Part shown: piece by piece, positions 1 through 8,246 of the stretch
Layout: every line of letters starts with the position of its first letter
How positions within the stretch are numbered: the stretch's first letter is position 1
Program-made: the position numbers and the translations under genes
Notes under the pieces: generated by a model
Told to the model about the DNA's origin: nothing
The model's database searches: none
What the model saw: only the letters and a program-made list of their open reading frames with translations
DNA from: Chthoniobacteraceae bacterium
GTDB taxonomy: Bacteria; Verrucomicrobiota; Verrucomicrobiia; Chthoniobacterales; Chthoniobacteraceae
Direction of reading: 5' to 3'
DNA: 29,323 nucleotides
Assembly: GCA_040081625.1 (NCBI GenBank)
Contig: JBEBGD010000068.1
Location: forward strand, 1 to 29,323

Positions 1-650
1 GCCTTGGGATCTTCCTTCTTCTCCTTGAGGACCTCGGGCTCGGTCGGCGCGGCGGCCGCGGCGACCGGCTCGACCTCGACGCGCGGCGCGGCGACGCTGA
101 TCACGGTCAGGTCGGGACTGGCGTGCGCCGCCACTCCCTCGGGGAGGACGAGATCGCGCACGTGGATGGACTGGTTGAGACCGAGTGCGCTGACATCGAC
201 GCGGATGACATCCGGCAGGTCCTTGGGCAAACAGGTGACTTCGAGTTCGTGGACGGAGACTTCCATGACGCCGCCGGAATTCTTGACGCCTTCGGGTTCT
301 CCGACCGGCACGATCGGGACTGCGGCGTGCAGCATCTCGTCAGCTTTGACGGCGTGGAAATCCACATGCATGACGTCGCGACGCAACGGGTGGTGCTGGA
401 CTTCCTGAATCAGCGCGAGGCGGCTGGTCGTAGCCGCGCCATCTTTGATCTCGAGATCGACCAGGACGTGCTCGCTCGTGGCGTGCGCGAGCAGGTTCGA
501 GATCTCCCGCTTGCTGAGTTCGAGGTTCAGGTTCGGGTGGTCTTTGCCATAGACGTTCGCGGGGACGATGCCGGCGCGGCCGAGTTTGCGTGAAGCCCGC
601 CCGCCAATTTGTTCGCGGAGTGTTGCTTGGATTTTGAGTTGTTTTGCCAT
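1..650 (-). CDS. rplY: 50S ribosomal protein L25/general stress protein Ctc (3' end runs off the window)
   Basis: Not in the ORF track. Manual translation from ATG at 650 gives MAKQLKIQATLREQIGGRASRKLGRAGIVPANVYG...QEVQHHPLRRDVMHVDFHAV...VGEPEGVKNSGGV...CLPKDLPDVIRVDVSAL...EPEVLKEKKE. Lies 2 nt downstream of prs, the usual prs-rplY order. Confidence 0.96.
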   Translation of the reverse strand, partial: MAKQLKIQATLREQIGGRASRKLGRAGIVPANVYGKDHPNLNLELSKREISNLLAHATSEHVLVDLEIKDGAATTSRLALIQEVQHHPLRRDVMHVDFHAVKADEMLHAAVPIVPVGEPEGVKNSGGVMEVSVHELEVTCLPKDLPDVIRVDVSALGLNQSIHVRDLVLPEGVAAHASPDLTVISVAAPRVEVEPVAAAAAPTEPEVLKEKKEDPK

Positions 651-652
651 GG

Positions 653-1618
653 TTAGTTTGTGCCGGTTTTGTTGATGCGGAAGAGGTCGGTGACAGATTC
701 GTCGTCGTGAATGCGCTTGATGCCTTCCCCGAGAAGCTCGGCCACGCACAGCGTGGTGATCGGGAAGCCATCGCCATCGCGCACCGGGACGCTGTTGGTG
801 CAGATCAGTTCGCTAATTTCAGATTTCTTCAAGCGCTCAATCGCCATGTCACTCAAGACCGCGTGCGAGACGCCGGCGAAGATCGAGGTCGCGCCGTTCT
901 CCTTCAGGAGCTTCGCAGCACTGCACAGCGTGCCAGCCGTCTCGGTGAGATCGTCGATGAGGAAGATGCGGCGCCCGGCGATCTCGCCGATGATGTTCAC
1001 CGCCTCGGTCTCGGTCGGGCTCTTGCGGCGCTTGGCCACGATCGCGAGATCGGTGCCGAGCGCCTGCGCGTAGGCCTGCGCCATCTTGATCCCGCCCACA
1101 TCGGGCGAGACGACCATCACATCGCTCAAGTCCTTCGACCGAAGGTGCCGGATCATGACCGGAGCCGCGTAAAGGTGATCGACCGGGATGTCGAAGAACC
1201 CCGCTACCTGCTGAGCATGCAGATCCATCGTAAGCACCCGATTGACGCCCGCGGCGGTAAGCAGGTTCGCGATGAGCTTCGCGGTGATCGGCACCCGGGG
1301 CTGGTCCTTGCGATCCTGCCGCGCGTAGCCAAAGAACGGGAGGACCGCCGTGATCCGATCCGCGCTCGCGCGCCGCGCCGCATCGACCATGATCAGCAGT
1401 TCCATCAAGTTCTGATTCGAGGGAGGACAGGTCGGCTGGACGATGAAGACATCGCGCCCGCGGATGTTCTCGTTGATCTTCACGAACGTCTCGCCATCGG
1501 GAAAGGACGTGACCGTCGCGTCGCCGAGATCCACTCCGATGTAGGCGCTGATCCGCTGGGCCAGCTGCCGGTGGGCAGAGCCGGTGAAAATGCGGAGTTC
1601 GGGGATGCGGAAAGCCAT
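653..1618 (-). CDS. prs: Ribose-phosphate pyrophosphokinase
   Basis: Motifs FPDGE, GYARQDRK, MDLHA.Q..GFF, VSPDVGG, IDDLTETAGT. Start placed at MAFRIPEL (1618) rather than 1663. Confidence 0.97.
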   Translation of the reverse strand: MAFRIPELRIFTGSAHRQLAQRISAYIGVDLGDATVTSFPDGETFVKINENIRGRDVFIVQPTCPPSNQNLMELLIMVDAARRASADRITAVLPFFGYARQDRKDQPRVPITAKLIANLLTAAGVNRVLTMDLHAQQVAGFFDIPVDHLYAAPVMIRHLRSKDLSDVMVVSPDVGGIKMAQAYAQALGTDLAIVAKRRKSPTETEAVNIIGEIAGRRIFLIDDLTETAGTLCSAAKLLKENGATSIFAGVSHAVLSDMAIERLKKSEISELICTNSVPVRDGDGFPITTLCVAELLGEGIKRIHDDESVTDLFRINKTGTN

Positions 1619-1739
1619 TTTTGGAAAAGGGACGCGGACTCTAGGAGGCTTCATTTCAAACACAACCGGGAATTTCCCCGCGCCTGCGCCTCCCCTCGCG
1701 GGTGCCTAGAAATGGCCCGCGAAGCGAGCCCTGCCTGCC

Positions 1740-1789
1740 AAAAAAGTCTTAAAAAACATCTTGCCACCACCCCTCCCACTCACTAAAAA
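1740..1789 (+). promoter_or_regulatory. Putative sigma70 promoter for the beta-barrel gene
   Basis: TTGCCA (1761-1766), 17 nt, TAAAAA (1784-1789), preceded by A-tracts (UP-element-like) in an otherwise GC-rich sequence. Confidence 0.5.
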
Positions 1790-1850
1790 GCCGCCCGTTC
1801 GAGCGCTCTGCTCGGATCAGAAACCAAACAAAACCAAGGATACAACACAC

Positions 1851-2372
1851 ATGAAGAAACTGACCATTAGCTTCCTCGCCTCTCTCGCCATCGTCGCCTC
1901 CAGCTTCGGCGGCACGGAGATGAAGGATTTCAAGGAGCCCGTCGCTGAACCCTGCTTCAAGGACACCGAGTTTCAACTCGACGTCTTCGGCAGCTACACC
2001 GACGCCGCTCATCGCAGCAGCCACGACGACGGCATCGGTGGCGGTCTCGGGTTGAATTACTTCTTCACCCGCAACCTCGGCGTTGCTCTCTCCGGCAACC
2101 TCTATGACGGCGACGTCCATGGTGCCTGGAACGTGGACGGCAGCCTCGTGCTCCGCTTCCCGATCGAAGGCGGCATCTGCCTGGCGCCCTACATCCTCGC
2201 TGGCGGTGGCATCGCCGCCAACGGCAAGACCGAAGGCACCTGGCATGCGGGTGGCGGCCTCGAATGGCGCGTGACCCACACGATCGGCCTGTTCGGCGAA
2301 GGCCGTTACATCTGGTCGCAGGACGAGCACAGCGGCACCCAGGTGCGCGCCGGTCTCCGTTTCGTGTTCTAA
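1851..2372 (+). CDS. Outer-membrane beta-barrel protein (OmpA/OmpW-like small barrel)
   Basis: Sec signal MKKLTISFLASLAIVASSFG, amphipathic strands (GGGLGLNYFF, APYILAGGG, GGGLEWRV, LFGEGRY), C-terminal GLRFVF with terminal Phe. Confidence 0.85.
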   Translation: MKKLTISFLASLAIVASSFGGTEMKDFKEPVAEPCFKDTEFQLDVFGSYTDAAHRSSHDDGIGGGLGLNYFFTRNLGVALSGNLYDGDVHGAWNVDGSLVLRFPIEGGICLAPYILAGGGIAANGKTEGTWHAGGGLEWRVTHTIGLFGEGRYIWSQDEHSGTQVRAGLRFVF

Positions 2373-2400
2373 ACACGGCGACATACCAGCCTAAACAATC

Positions 2401-2443
2401 CGAAAGCGCCGGGTTCCTCGTGAACCCGGCGCGTTTCGTTTTT
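2401..2443 (+). terminator. Rho-independent terminator
   Basis: GCGCCGGGTTC-ctcgt-GAACCCGGCGC 11-bp stem followed by GTTTCGTTTTT, just after the barrel gene stop. Confidence 0.85.
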
Positions 2444-2502
2444 ATGCATCCGCCCATTTCGCGTCTGGAAAGCGCGCCCCGCCCGTGCATTGATCCTGCC
2501 TC

Positions 2503-3207
2503 ATGAGAAAACTTCTCCTCGCTGTCGTGTTATCCGGTGTGCCGGTTTTCGTGCATGCGGAAAACGACACCGCATACAAAGCCCTGCGCGTCCTCGGCAA
2601 GCAGCAGGGAGAGAAGACCCTCAATCGAGTAGTCGAACTCCGCGGACGCAGCGGAGCGCCCCAGCCCCAAGTCTGGAAGATCATCGCGAGCGATCCCACA
2701 GCGCGCGGCGGCCTCATCGAAGTCGAAGTCCAGCGCGGGCGCATCATCTCCCAGCGCACCCCCACGGGGCGCTCCTCCGCGACGATGGACCTCAATCAAC
2801 TCAACCTCGACTCCGACGGTGCCTTCACCATCGCTGACCAGGAGCTGCGCAAGGAGGGCATCCCCTTCGATCGCATCGACTACCTGCTGCGCAGCTCCGC
2901 ACAGCAACAGCCGCCGACGTGGCAGCTCGAACTTTTCGACCGCGGCAACAAGGTCGCCACCTTCCGCATCGCCGCCGACACCGGCACGGTCATCGATCGG
3001 CAGCGCTTGATCGGCCCTCCGCGCGACCGCGACTACGTCGATCGTGGCAGTGAACCAAACCGCGGCAGCGAACCCCATCGCAGCAACGACTCGCGCTGGT
3101 CCGAGTCGGGCGAACCGATTCGCGGCGTCGATGACTTCTTCCACCGCCTCGGCAAACGCTTCGAGCGCCGCGGCAACCAGTTGAAGCGGTTCTTCGGTGG
3201 CGACTAG
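2503..3207 (+). CDS. Secreted hypothetical protein, possibly two PepSY-like modules
   Basis: Signal peptide MRKLLLAVVLSGVPVFVHA; DSDGAFTIA...W.LEL...FRIAADTGTVI resembles PepSY; charged C-terminal tail. Confidence 0.7.
   Translation: MRKLLLAVVLSGVPVFVHAENDTAYKALRVLGKQQGEKTLNRVVELRGRSGAPQPQVWKIIASDPTARGGLIEVEVQRGRIISQRTPTGRSSATMDLNQLNLDSDGAFTIADQELRKEGIPFDRIDYLLRSSAQQQPPTWQLELFDRGNKVATFRIAADTGTVIDRQRLIGPPRDRDYVDRGSEPNRGSEPHRSNDSRWSESGEPIRGVDDFFHRLGKRFERRGNQLKRFFGGD
3043..3096 (+). repeat. Imperfect 18-bp tandem repeat x3, in frame (RGSEPN/RGSEPH/RSNDSR)
   Basis: cgtggcagtgaaccaaac / cgcggcagcgaaccccat / cgcagcaacgactcgcgc. Confidence 0.6.
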
Positions 3208-3210
3208 GCG

Positions 3211-4542
3211 CTACGGCACCTCGTCGATCCGATTCCCTTCCCCGCCCTCGACGACGATCGGCCGGAACGCCGGCTTCTCCGCGCGGTCGTCGCGGATGAA
3301 GTTGCCGTGGACGCTGCTGTTCGACACCTCGCGCAGCAGCAGGCCGGCATTGTCACTGTCGAGGATCGTGCAGTTGCTCACGTGGAAGCGACGACTCTTC
3401 TCGATCACGATCGCCGCAGGATGCTCGCGCACCCCGGAGATGTGCAGGCCGCTCAGCGTGCAGTCGTCGCAATCGCGGAAGATGATCCCCTGCCTCGGCC
3501 GCTCCTTTTGCCACAGTTCGTAGCCGGGGTTGCGCTCGAAATTGTTCTCCCCCACCACCACGTTGCGGCACGACTCGACGAGAATGTCCTGCTCGAAGCC
3601 TTCCCAAAACGTATTCCCGGTAATCACGACGCCGCGCGCCTGCTGGAGGTGGATGTTCGTGAACACATCGCTGAACACATTTGCAGCGATGGTGATGTGT
3701 CCCCACTGCGGCGACTTCATCTCGCGCGTTCCCGACTTGCGATCCGCACCCGGCCCGAGCACGCGGATATTCGCCGAGCCGGGCGAGAGGTGATTGTGCT
3801 GGAGCGTGCAACCGGTGATCGCGACTTCGGCCGTTGACCCGCCGCGGTTGTCGATCTCCACATTCGCCGCGGGCGGAAGATCGGGCGCCATGTTCGACTC
3901 GATGTCGCAACCCGCGATGTGGACGTTGCGCACTTCGCCGCCGCGGATGACGACTCCCCCGCCCTTGCAGTAGCTGATGTGCGAGCCGGTGATGTTGGTC
4001 TGGTGGAGATTCACCGCGTCGAGGAAGACGCCGATGCCCGAGTTGTCGTAGATGTGGCAGTCGGAGATGAGCACGTTACGATTGCGCTCCACGAGATGGA
4101 TGCCGTGCCGGAGCTGGCCGAGGCGCGTGTTGGTGATCGTGATCTGCAGCGTGCCTTTCGCCTCGATCCCATCGGCCTCCGCGTGTTCGCCGACGATCTC
4201 GAGTCCATCGACCATCGGCATCCGCTCCTTCGCGAGCACTTCCGGTTTCACGCTCCGCGGGTCCGCGGTCCCGCCGTGCGTGCCGACAAAACGAAACGCC
4301 GGCCCCGCGCCAGCCATCACCACGCGCGCGGTGCCATCCGCGCTGAGCGAAGTGAAGCCCACCTTCGCCAGATCGATCACGACCGGTCGCGTGAGCCGAT
4401 ACGTGCCGCCCGCAAAGTGCAGCCCGCCGCCCGCATCCGCTGCCTTTTGGATCGCGGCCGTGTCGTCGCCCCCGCTCGGGCGCAGGTCCGCAGCCACGGA
4501 CCCCGCGACGAGCGCGGCGAATCCGAAGATGATCGCCTTCAC
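3211..4542 (-). CDS. Secreted right-handed parallel beta-helix protein (pectin-lyase-like fold)
   Basis: GTG start overlaps the upstream TGA (GTGA). Signal VKAIIFGFAALVAGSVAA, GDDTAAIQKA motif, repeated rungs such as NVLISDCHIYDN, VAITGCTLQHN, VVITGNTFW, FHVSNCTILD. Confidence 0.85.
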   Translation of the reverse strand: MKAIIFGFAALVAGSVAADLRPSGGDDTAAIQKAADAGGGLHFAGGTYRLTRPVVIDLAKVGFTSLSADGTARVVMAGAGPAFRFVGTHGGTADPRSVKPEVLAKERMPMVDGLEIVGEHAEADGIEAKGTLQITITNTRLGQLRHGIHLVERNRNVLISDCHIYDNSGIGVFLDAVNLHQTNITGSHISYCKGGGVVIRGGEVRNVHIAGCDIESNMAPDLPPAANVEIDNRGGSTAEVAITGCTLQHNHLSPGSANIRVLGPGADRKSGTREMKSPQWGHITIAANVFSDVFTNIHLQQARGVVITGNTFWEGFEQDILVESCRNVVVGENNFERNPGYELWQKERPRQGIIFRDCDDCTLSGLHISGVREHPAAIVIEKSRRFHVSNCTILDSDNAGLLLREVSNSSVHGNFIRDDRAEKPAFRPIVVEGGEGNRIDEVP

Positions 4543-5879
4543 GCCAGCCCCTCCACGTCCCAGCCCTTGCGATACGCGCGTCGGACGAACTTGTTCGCCT
4601 CCGCGACATTCGTGAACTTCAGCGCCTTCGCGTTCCACTTCAGCTCGGTCTTCGGAAAACGCGACGCGACGCTGCCGAGCAGCACCGCCTCGGTCATCGG
4701 CCCGGAGTAGTCGAACCCAGCGCTCGTCTTCCCCTCGCCTCGGGCCGCGTCGATGAACTGCGCCCAATGATCGCCGCCCTCGACCGCGACGACCGGCTTC
4801 GACTTGCCCTGCGCGTCGATCAAGCGCGGCATGCCGACATGCGGCAGCACCATCACCCCATCGGTGCCCAGGAAGATGCTTCCCTGCCCGGGAATCTCGT
4901 TCGCCTTCGCGTCAAGATCGCTCGCGACCACCTTCGCCTTGATCTCCGCCGGCGGGCGCTTCACGCCGTCATACCACGTCACGCCGACCGTCTTGCCCGC
5001 GGTGAATTTCGTCGCCGGGAAAACATAATGCACGACCGCATCGGTGGCCCACGAGTGGTCGTTCGGCGCTTCGCCCTCGCTGCGCACCGACGTGGGCGCG
5101 GTGAGCGCGAGCGCCTTGAAGACCGGATCGTAAATGTGGCAGCCCATGTCGCCGAACGTGCCGGTGCCGAAGTCGAGTCGCTTGCGCCAGTTGCCGGGGT
5201 GATAGAACCCGCCCCCGACGAAGGGCCGCTCGGCGACGACGCCGAGCCAGAGATCCCAGTCCAGTCCCTCGGGCACTGGATCGCCGGTGGCCGGCATCGG
5301 CTTGTTGTCGCCCCATGCTTTGCTCGACCACGTATGAACCTCGCGCACCTTCCCGATCGCGCCGTCCTGGATCAGCTTCACCGCCGTGCGGTATTCGGTC
5401 TTCGAGTGAATCTGGATGCCCATCTGCGTCACACTCTTCTTCGCCCGCGCCACCTCGGTGAGCCGGCGCGTCTCGAACAAGTCATGCGTCAGCGGCTTCT
5501 GCCCATACACGTGCAGTCCGCGCTGGATCGCCGCCATGCCGATCGGCCCGTGCATGTGATCGGGCGTCGAGACATTCACCGTCTGCAGATCCTTCTCCTT
5601 CGCCAGCAGTTCGCGGAAGTCGCGATACACCCGCGCCTCGGGAAACATTTTCCGAAACTCCACCGTCCGCTTCTCGTCCACATCGCAACCGGCCACGACT
5701 TTGAGCGCCGCGTGTCTGGTCAACGCCTTGAGATCCGCCATCGCCATCCCCGCGCAGCCGAAGCTGGCGTGATGCACGATCGAGTTCGCCGACTGCGCGC
5801 GCAGCCCGCTGGTGACCCACGGCGCGACGATGGCGCCGGCGGAGAGTTGCTGGAGGAAGGAACGACGGGAGAGATTCAT
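4539..5879 (-). CDS. Tat-exported Gfo/Idh/MocA family oxidoreductase
   Basis: Tat signal MNLSRRSFLQQ; GCAGMA, CDVD, VSTPDHMH, HVYGQKPL, TQMGIQ, GDMGCH motifs. Confidence 0.93.
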   Translation of the reverse strand: MNLSRRSFLQQLSAGAIVAPWVTSGLRAQSANSIVHHASFGCAGMAMADLKALTRHAALKVVAGCDVDEKRTVEFRKMFPEARVYRDFRELLAKEKDLQTVNVSTPDHMHGPIGMAAIQRGLHVYGQKPLTHDLFETRRLTEVARAKKSVTQMGIQIHSKTEYRTAVKLIQDGAIGKVREVHTWSSKAWGDNKPMPATGDPVPEGLDWDLWLGVVAERPFVGGGFYHPGNWRKRLDFGTGTFGDMGCHIYDPVFKALALTAPTSVRSEGEAPNDHSWATDAVVHYVFPATKFTAGKTVGVTWYDGVKRPPAEIKAKVVASDLDAKANEIPGQGSIFLGTDGVMVLPHVGMPRLIDAQGKSKPVVAVEGGDHWAQFIDAARGEGKTSAGFDYSGPMTEAVLLGSVASRFPKTELKWNAKALKFTNVAEANKFVRRAYRKGWDVEGLA

Positions 5880-5890
5880 GGCACCGATCC

Positions 5891-6025
5891 TTAACCGCCG
5901 AGGCGTCGAGATGCGCAGCAGAATCTTCCGGCGAGCTGCACCTTCATCTCCGCGGTGCAAACGCACGGTCTTTGCCCGCACACCTCGCACGCCTTCGGCT
6001 CCGGCTCCTCGGACAAGCCAATCAC
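5891..6025 (-). pseudogene. Short Cys-rich ORF or gene fragment resembling the CxxCxxxPCxC linker of EcoEI-type HsdR subunits
   Basis: Translation VIGLSEEPEPKACEVCGQRPCVCTAEMKVQLAGRFCCASRRLGG*. The HsdR resemblance is recalled, not searched. Confidence 0.4.
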
Positions 6026-6106
6026 AACTTTTCCACTCGCTCGCTGCGCGCGTGGAGGCGCAGGAAAATCTCGAACGCGGCGGCGCAGGCTGCGATGGTC
6101 CGGCCA

Positions 6107-7609
6107 ATGGCCTATTCGTCGTTCTCCGATTTTCTCGCCGCGCTCGAACGTGCGGGCGAACTCACGCGCATCCCCTTCCCTGTGGCGACGGAGCTGGAGA
6201 TCACCGCGTGGGCGGATCGCGAGATGAAGTCGGCGGGCGGCGGGAAGGCGCTGCTTTTCGAGCAGCCGACGGTCGGCGGCGCGGTCTCGAAGTTTCCGCT
6301 CGCGATCAACACGATGGGCTCGCAGCGGCGCATGGCGATGGCGCTCGGCGTGGAACATGTGGATGAGTTGATGCGGAAGATGGAGCTGATCTTGAAGGCG
6401 AAGCCGCCGACTTCGCTCAAGCACGCGTGGACGCTCGCGATGCAAGGACTCGACCTGCTGCACGCGAAGCCGAAGCACGTGAAGGACGGCGCGTGCAAGG
6501 AAGTGGTCGTGCGCTTTGACCGATCACCGATCACCGATCACCGATCACAATTTCCCACACTGCTCGACCTGCCGATCCTGCAATGCTGGCCGAAGGACGG
6601 CGGGCGCTTTATCACGTTTCCGTGCGTCCATACGCGCGACCCGGACACGGGCGAGCGCAATCTCGGGATGTATCGAATGCAGGTGTATGATGACCGCACG
6701 ACGGGGATGCACTGGCAGGTCCACAAGGTCGGCGCGCGGCACGGGAAGCGTTACTACGAACGCGGCGAGCGGATGCCGGTGGCGGTGACGCTCGGCGGCG
6801 ATCCGGCTTACACGTTCGCAGCTACGGCGCCGCTGCCCGATGGGCTCGACGAGATCCTATTCGCGGGATTCGTGCGGCGGAAGTCGGTCGAGCTCGTGAA
6901 GTGCGAAACGATCGACCTCGATGTGCCAGCGGATGTGGATGTGGTGATCGAGGGCTACGTGCAGCCCGGCGAGTCGCGCGCCGAGGGTCCGTTCGGCGAT
7001 CACACGGGGTTCTATACGCCGGTGGACGAGTATCCGGTTTTCCACATCACCGCGATCACGCACCGGCGCGATGCGGTGTATCCGTGCACGATCGTCGGGA
7101 TTCCGCCGATGGAGGATTTTCACATGGGCTCGGCGAGCGTGCGGATTTTCCTGCCGGTGCTGCGGATGAATTTCCCGGAGCTGGTCGATATCGCGCTGCC
7201 GGCGGAGGGCGTGTTTCACAACCTCGTCTTCGTCTCGATCCGCAAGCAATACGCGTGGCAGGCGTTCAAGGTGATGCACGGGCTGTGGGGCATGGGGCAG
7301 ATGATGTTCAGCAAATACATCGTGGTCGTGGACGAGGACTGCGACGTTCACAACACGAGCGAGGTGCTCTTCCGCCTCTGCGCGAATACGGACCCGCAGC
7401 GCGACACGACCTTCATCAAGAATCCCACCGACGCGCTCGATCACGCGCAGAGCATCGCGTGCATGGGCTCGCACATGGGGATCGATGCGACGCGCAAGCT
7501 CGCGAGTGAAGGCTGCGCGCGGCCGTGGCCGGAGTTGCTGCGGATGGACGCCGCGGTGCAGGCGCGTGTGGCGGGTCTGGTCGAGCAGCTCATGTCGGGA
7601 CGCGCCTGA
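6107..7609 (+). CDS. ubiD: UbiD-family prFMN-dependent decarboxylase (likely menaquinone/futalosine-pathway type)
   Basis: FLAALERAGEL, LEIT, ALLFE, CWPKDGGRFIT, RNLGMYRMQ, EGPFGDHTGFY, PPMED, SHMGIDAT. Start at MAYSSFSDF (6107). Confidence 0.92.
   Translation: MAYSSFSDFLAALERAGELTRIPFPVATELEITAWADREMKSAGGGKALLFEQPTVGGAVSKFPLAINTMGSQRRMAMALGVEHVDELMRKMELILKAKPPTSLKHAWTLAMQGLDLLHAKPKHVKDGACKEVVVRFDRSPITDHRSQFPTLLDLPILQCWPKDGGRFITFPCVHTRDPDTGERNLGMYRMQVYDDRTTGMHWQVHKVGARHGKRYYERGERMPVAVTLGGDPAYTFAATAPLPDGLDEILFAGFVRRKSVELVKCETIDLDVPADVDVVIEGYVQPGESRAEGPFGDHTGFYTPVDEYPVFHITAITHRRDAVYPCTIVGIPPMEDFHMGSASVRIFLPVLRMNFPELVDIALPAEGVFHNLVFVSIRKQYAWQAFKVMHGLWGMGQMMFSKYIVVVDEDCDVHNTSEVLFRLCANTDPQRDTTFIKNPTDALDHAQSIACMGSHMGIDATRKLASEGCARPWPELLRMDAAVQARVAGLVEQLMSGRA
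6519..6548 (+). repeat. Perfect heptanucleotide tandem repeat (ACCGATC)x4 inside ubiD
   Basis: accgatc accgatc accgatc accgatc ac, encoding DRSPITDHRS. Confidence 0.95.
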
Positions 7610-7620
7610 GCGCGGAAACG

Positions 7621-7672
7621 AAAAGGCGGCACGAGAGCGCCGGGGATTCCCGGCCACTTCCGTGCCGCCCTT
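7621..7672. terminator. Stem-loop between convergent ubiD and HU genes, probable terminator
   Basis: GGCGGCACG...CGTGCCGCC outer stem with inner GCCGGG/CCCGGC stem; AAAA on the left gives a U-tract for the minus-strand HU transcript. Confidence 0.75.
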
Positions 7673-7690
7673 GCGGTTTGAATGTTTCGG

Positions 7691-7984
7691 TTACTTGGCG
7701 CCGAGGATCGCGTCCTTCGCCGCTTTCGCGACGCGGAACTTCACGACCGTCTTGGCTTTGATCTGGATCTTTTCGCCAGTCTTCGGGTTGGTGCCGATGC
7801 GGGCCTTGCGGGCCTGCTTCACGAGTTTGCCGAAACCGGGAAGGACGAATTCGCCGTTCTTCTTGGTCTCCTTGTGAGCGAGTGCTGCGAGTGAATCGAG
7901 GAATGACGCGACGGCTTTTTTGGTCGTCTGCGTCTTTTCAGCGAGGGCGGTGAGGACTTGGGTCTTGGTTAGTTTTTTGGCCAT
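7691..7984 (-). CDS. hup: HU family DNA-binding protein
   Basis: LTKTQV..ALAEK, LPGFGKL, RKARIGTNPKTGEKIQIKAK.VVKF. Confidence 0.95.
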   Translation of the reverse strand: MAKKLTKTQVLTALAEKTQTTKKAVASFLDSLAALAHKETKKNGEFVLPGFGKLVKQARKARIGTNPKTGEKIQIKAKTVVKFRVAKAAKDAILGAK

Positions 7985-8246
7985 AGGGCCGCGCTTCTAC
8001 GCTTTCGCAGACGTGGGGTTCAAGACTCATTTCGCAGGAAAATGCGAATATACCGCGAGCCGCGTCGTTCCCCGGACCCCTAGTCGGACTACACATTCGG
8101 ATAGCCCGGCGCGAAAAGCTCTGCTTTGCAAAAAAGATCGCCTGCGTTATCGACAAAGCTCGCATCAGGATTTACCCCCGCTCCGGTGCCGTTCGTTCCC
8201 CGGACGCGATCGCTCGCTTCTTACCAGTCAATTTCAGTCACATCCC

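Noticed and set aside
644..1786. Long ORFs antisense to real genes (also 8448-9860, 10647-12656, 18365-20944, 22538-23962, 27557-29179)
   Set aside because: Shadow frames expected at high GC; Arg/Ala-rich with no motifs, and each overlaps a recognisable gene.
7920..8246. N-terminal extension of the sugar transferase ORF (similarly the extensions at 5972, 10779, 13973, 25132)
   Set aside because: Overlaps neighbouring genes or promoter regions and is not protein-like; downstream starts fit the family boundaries better.
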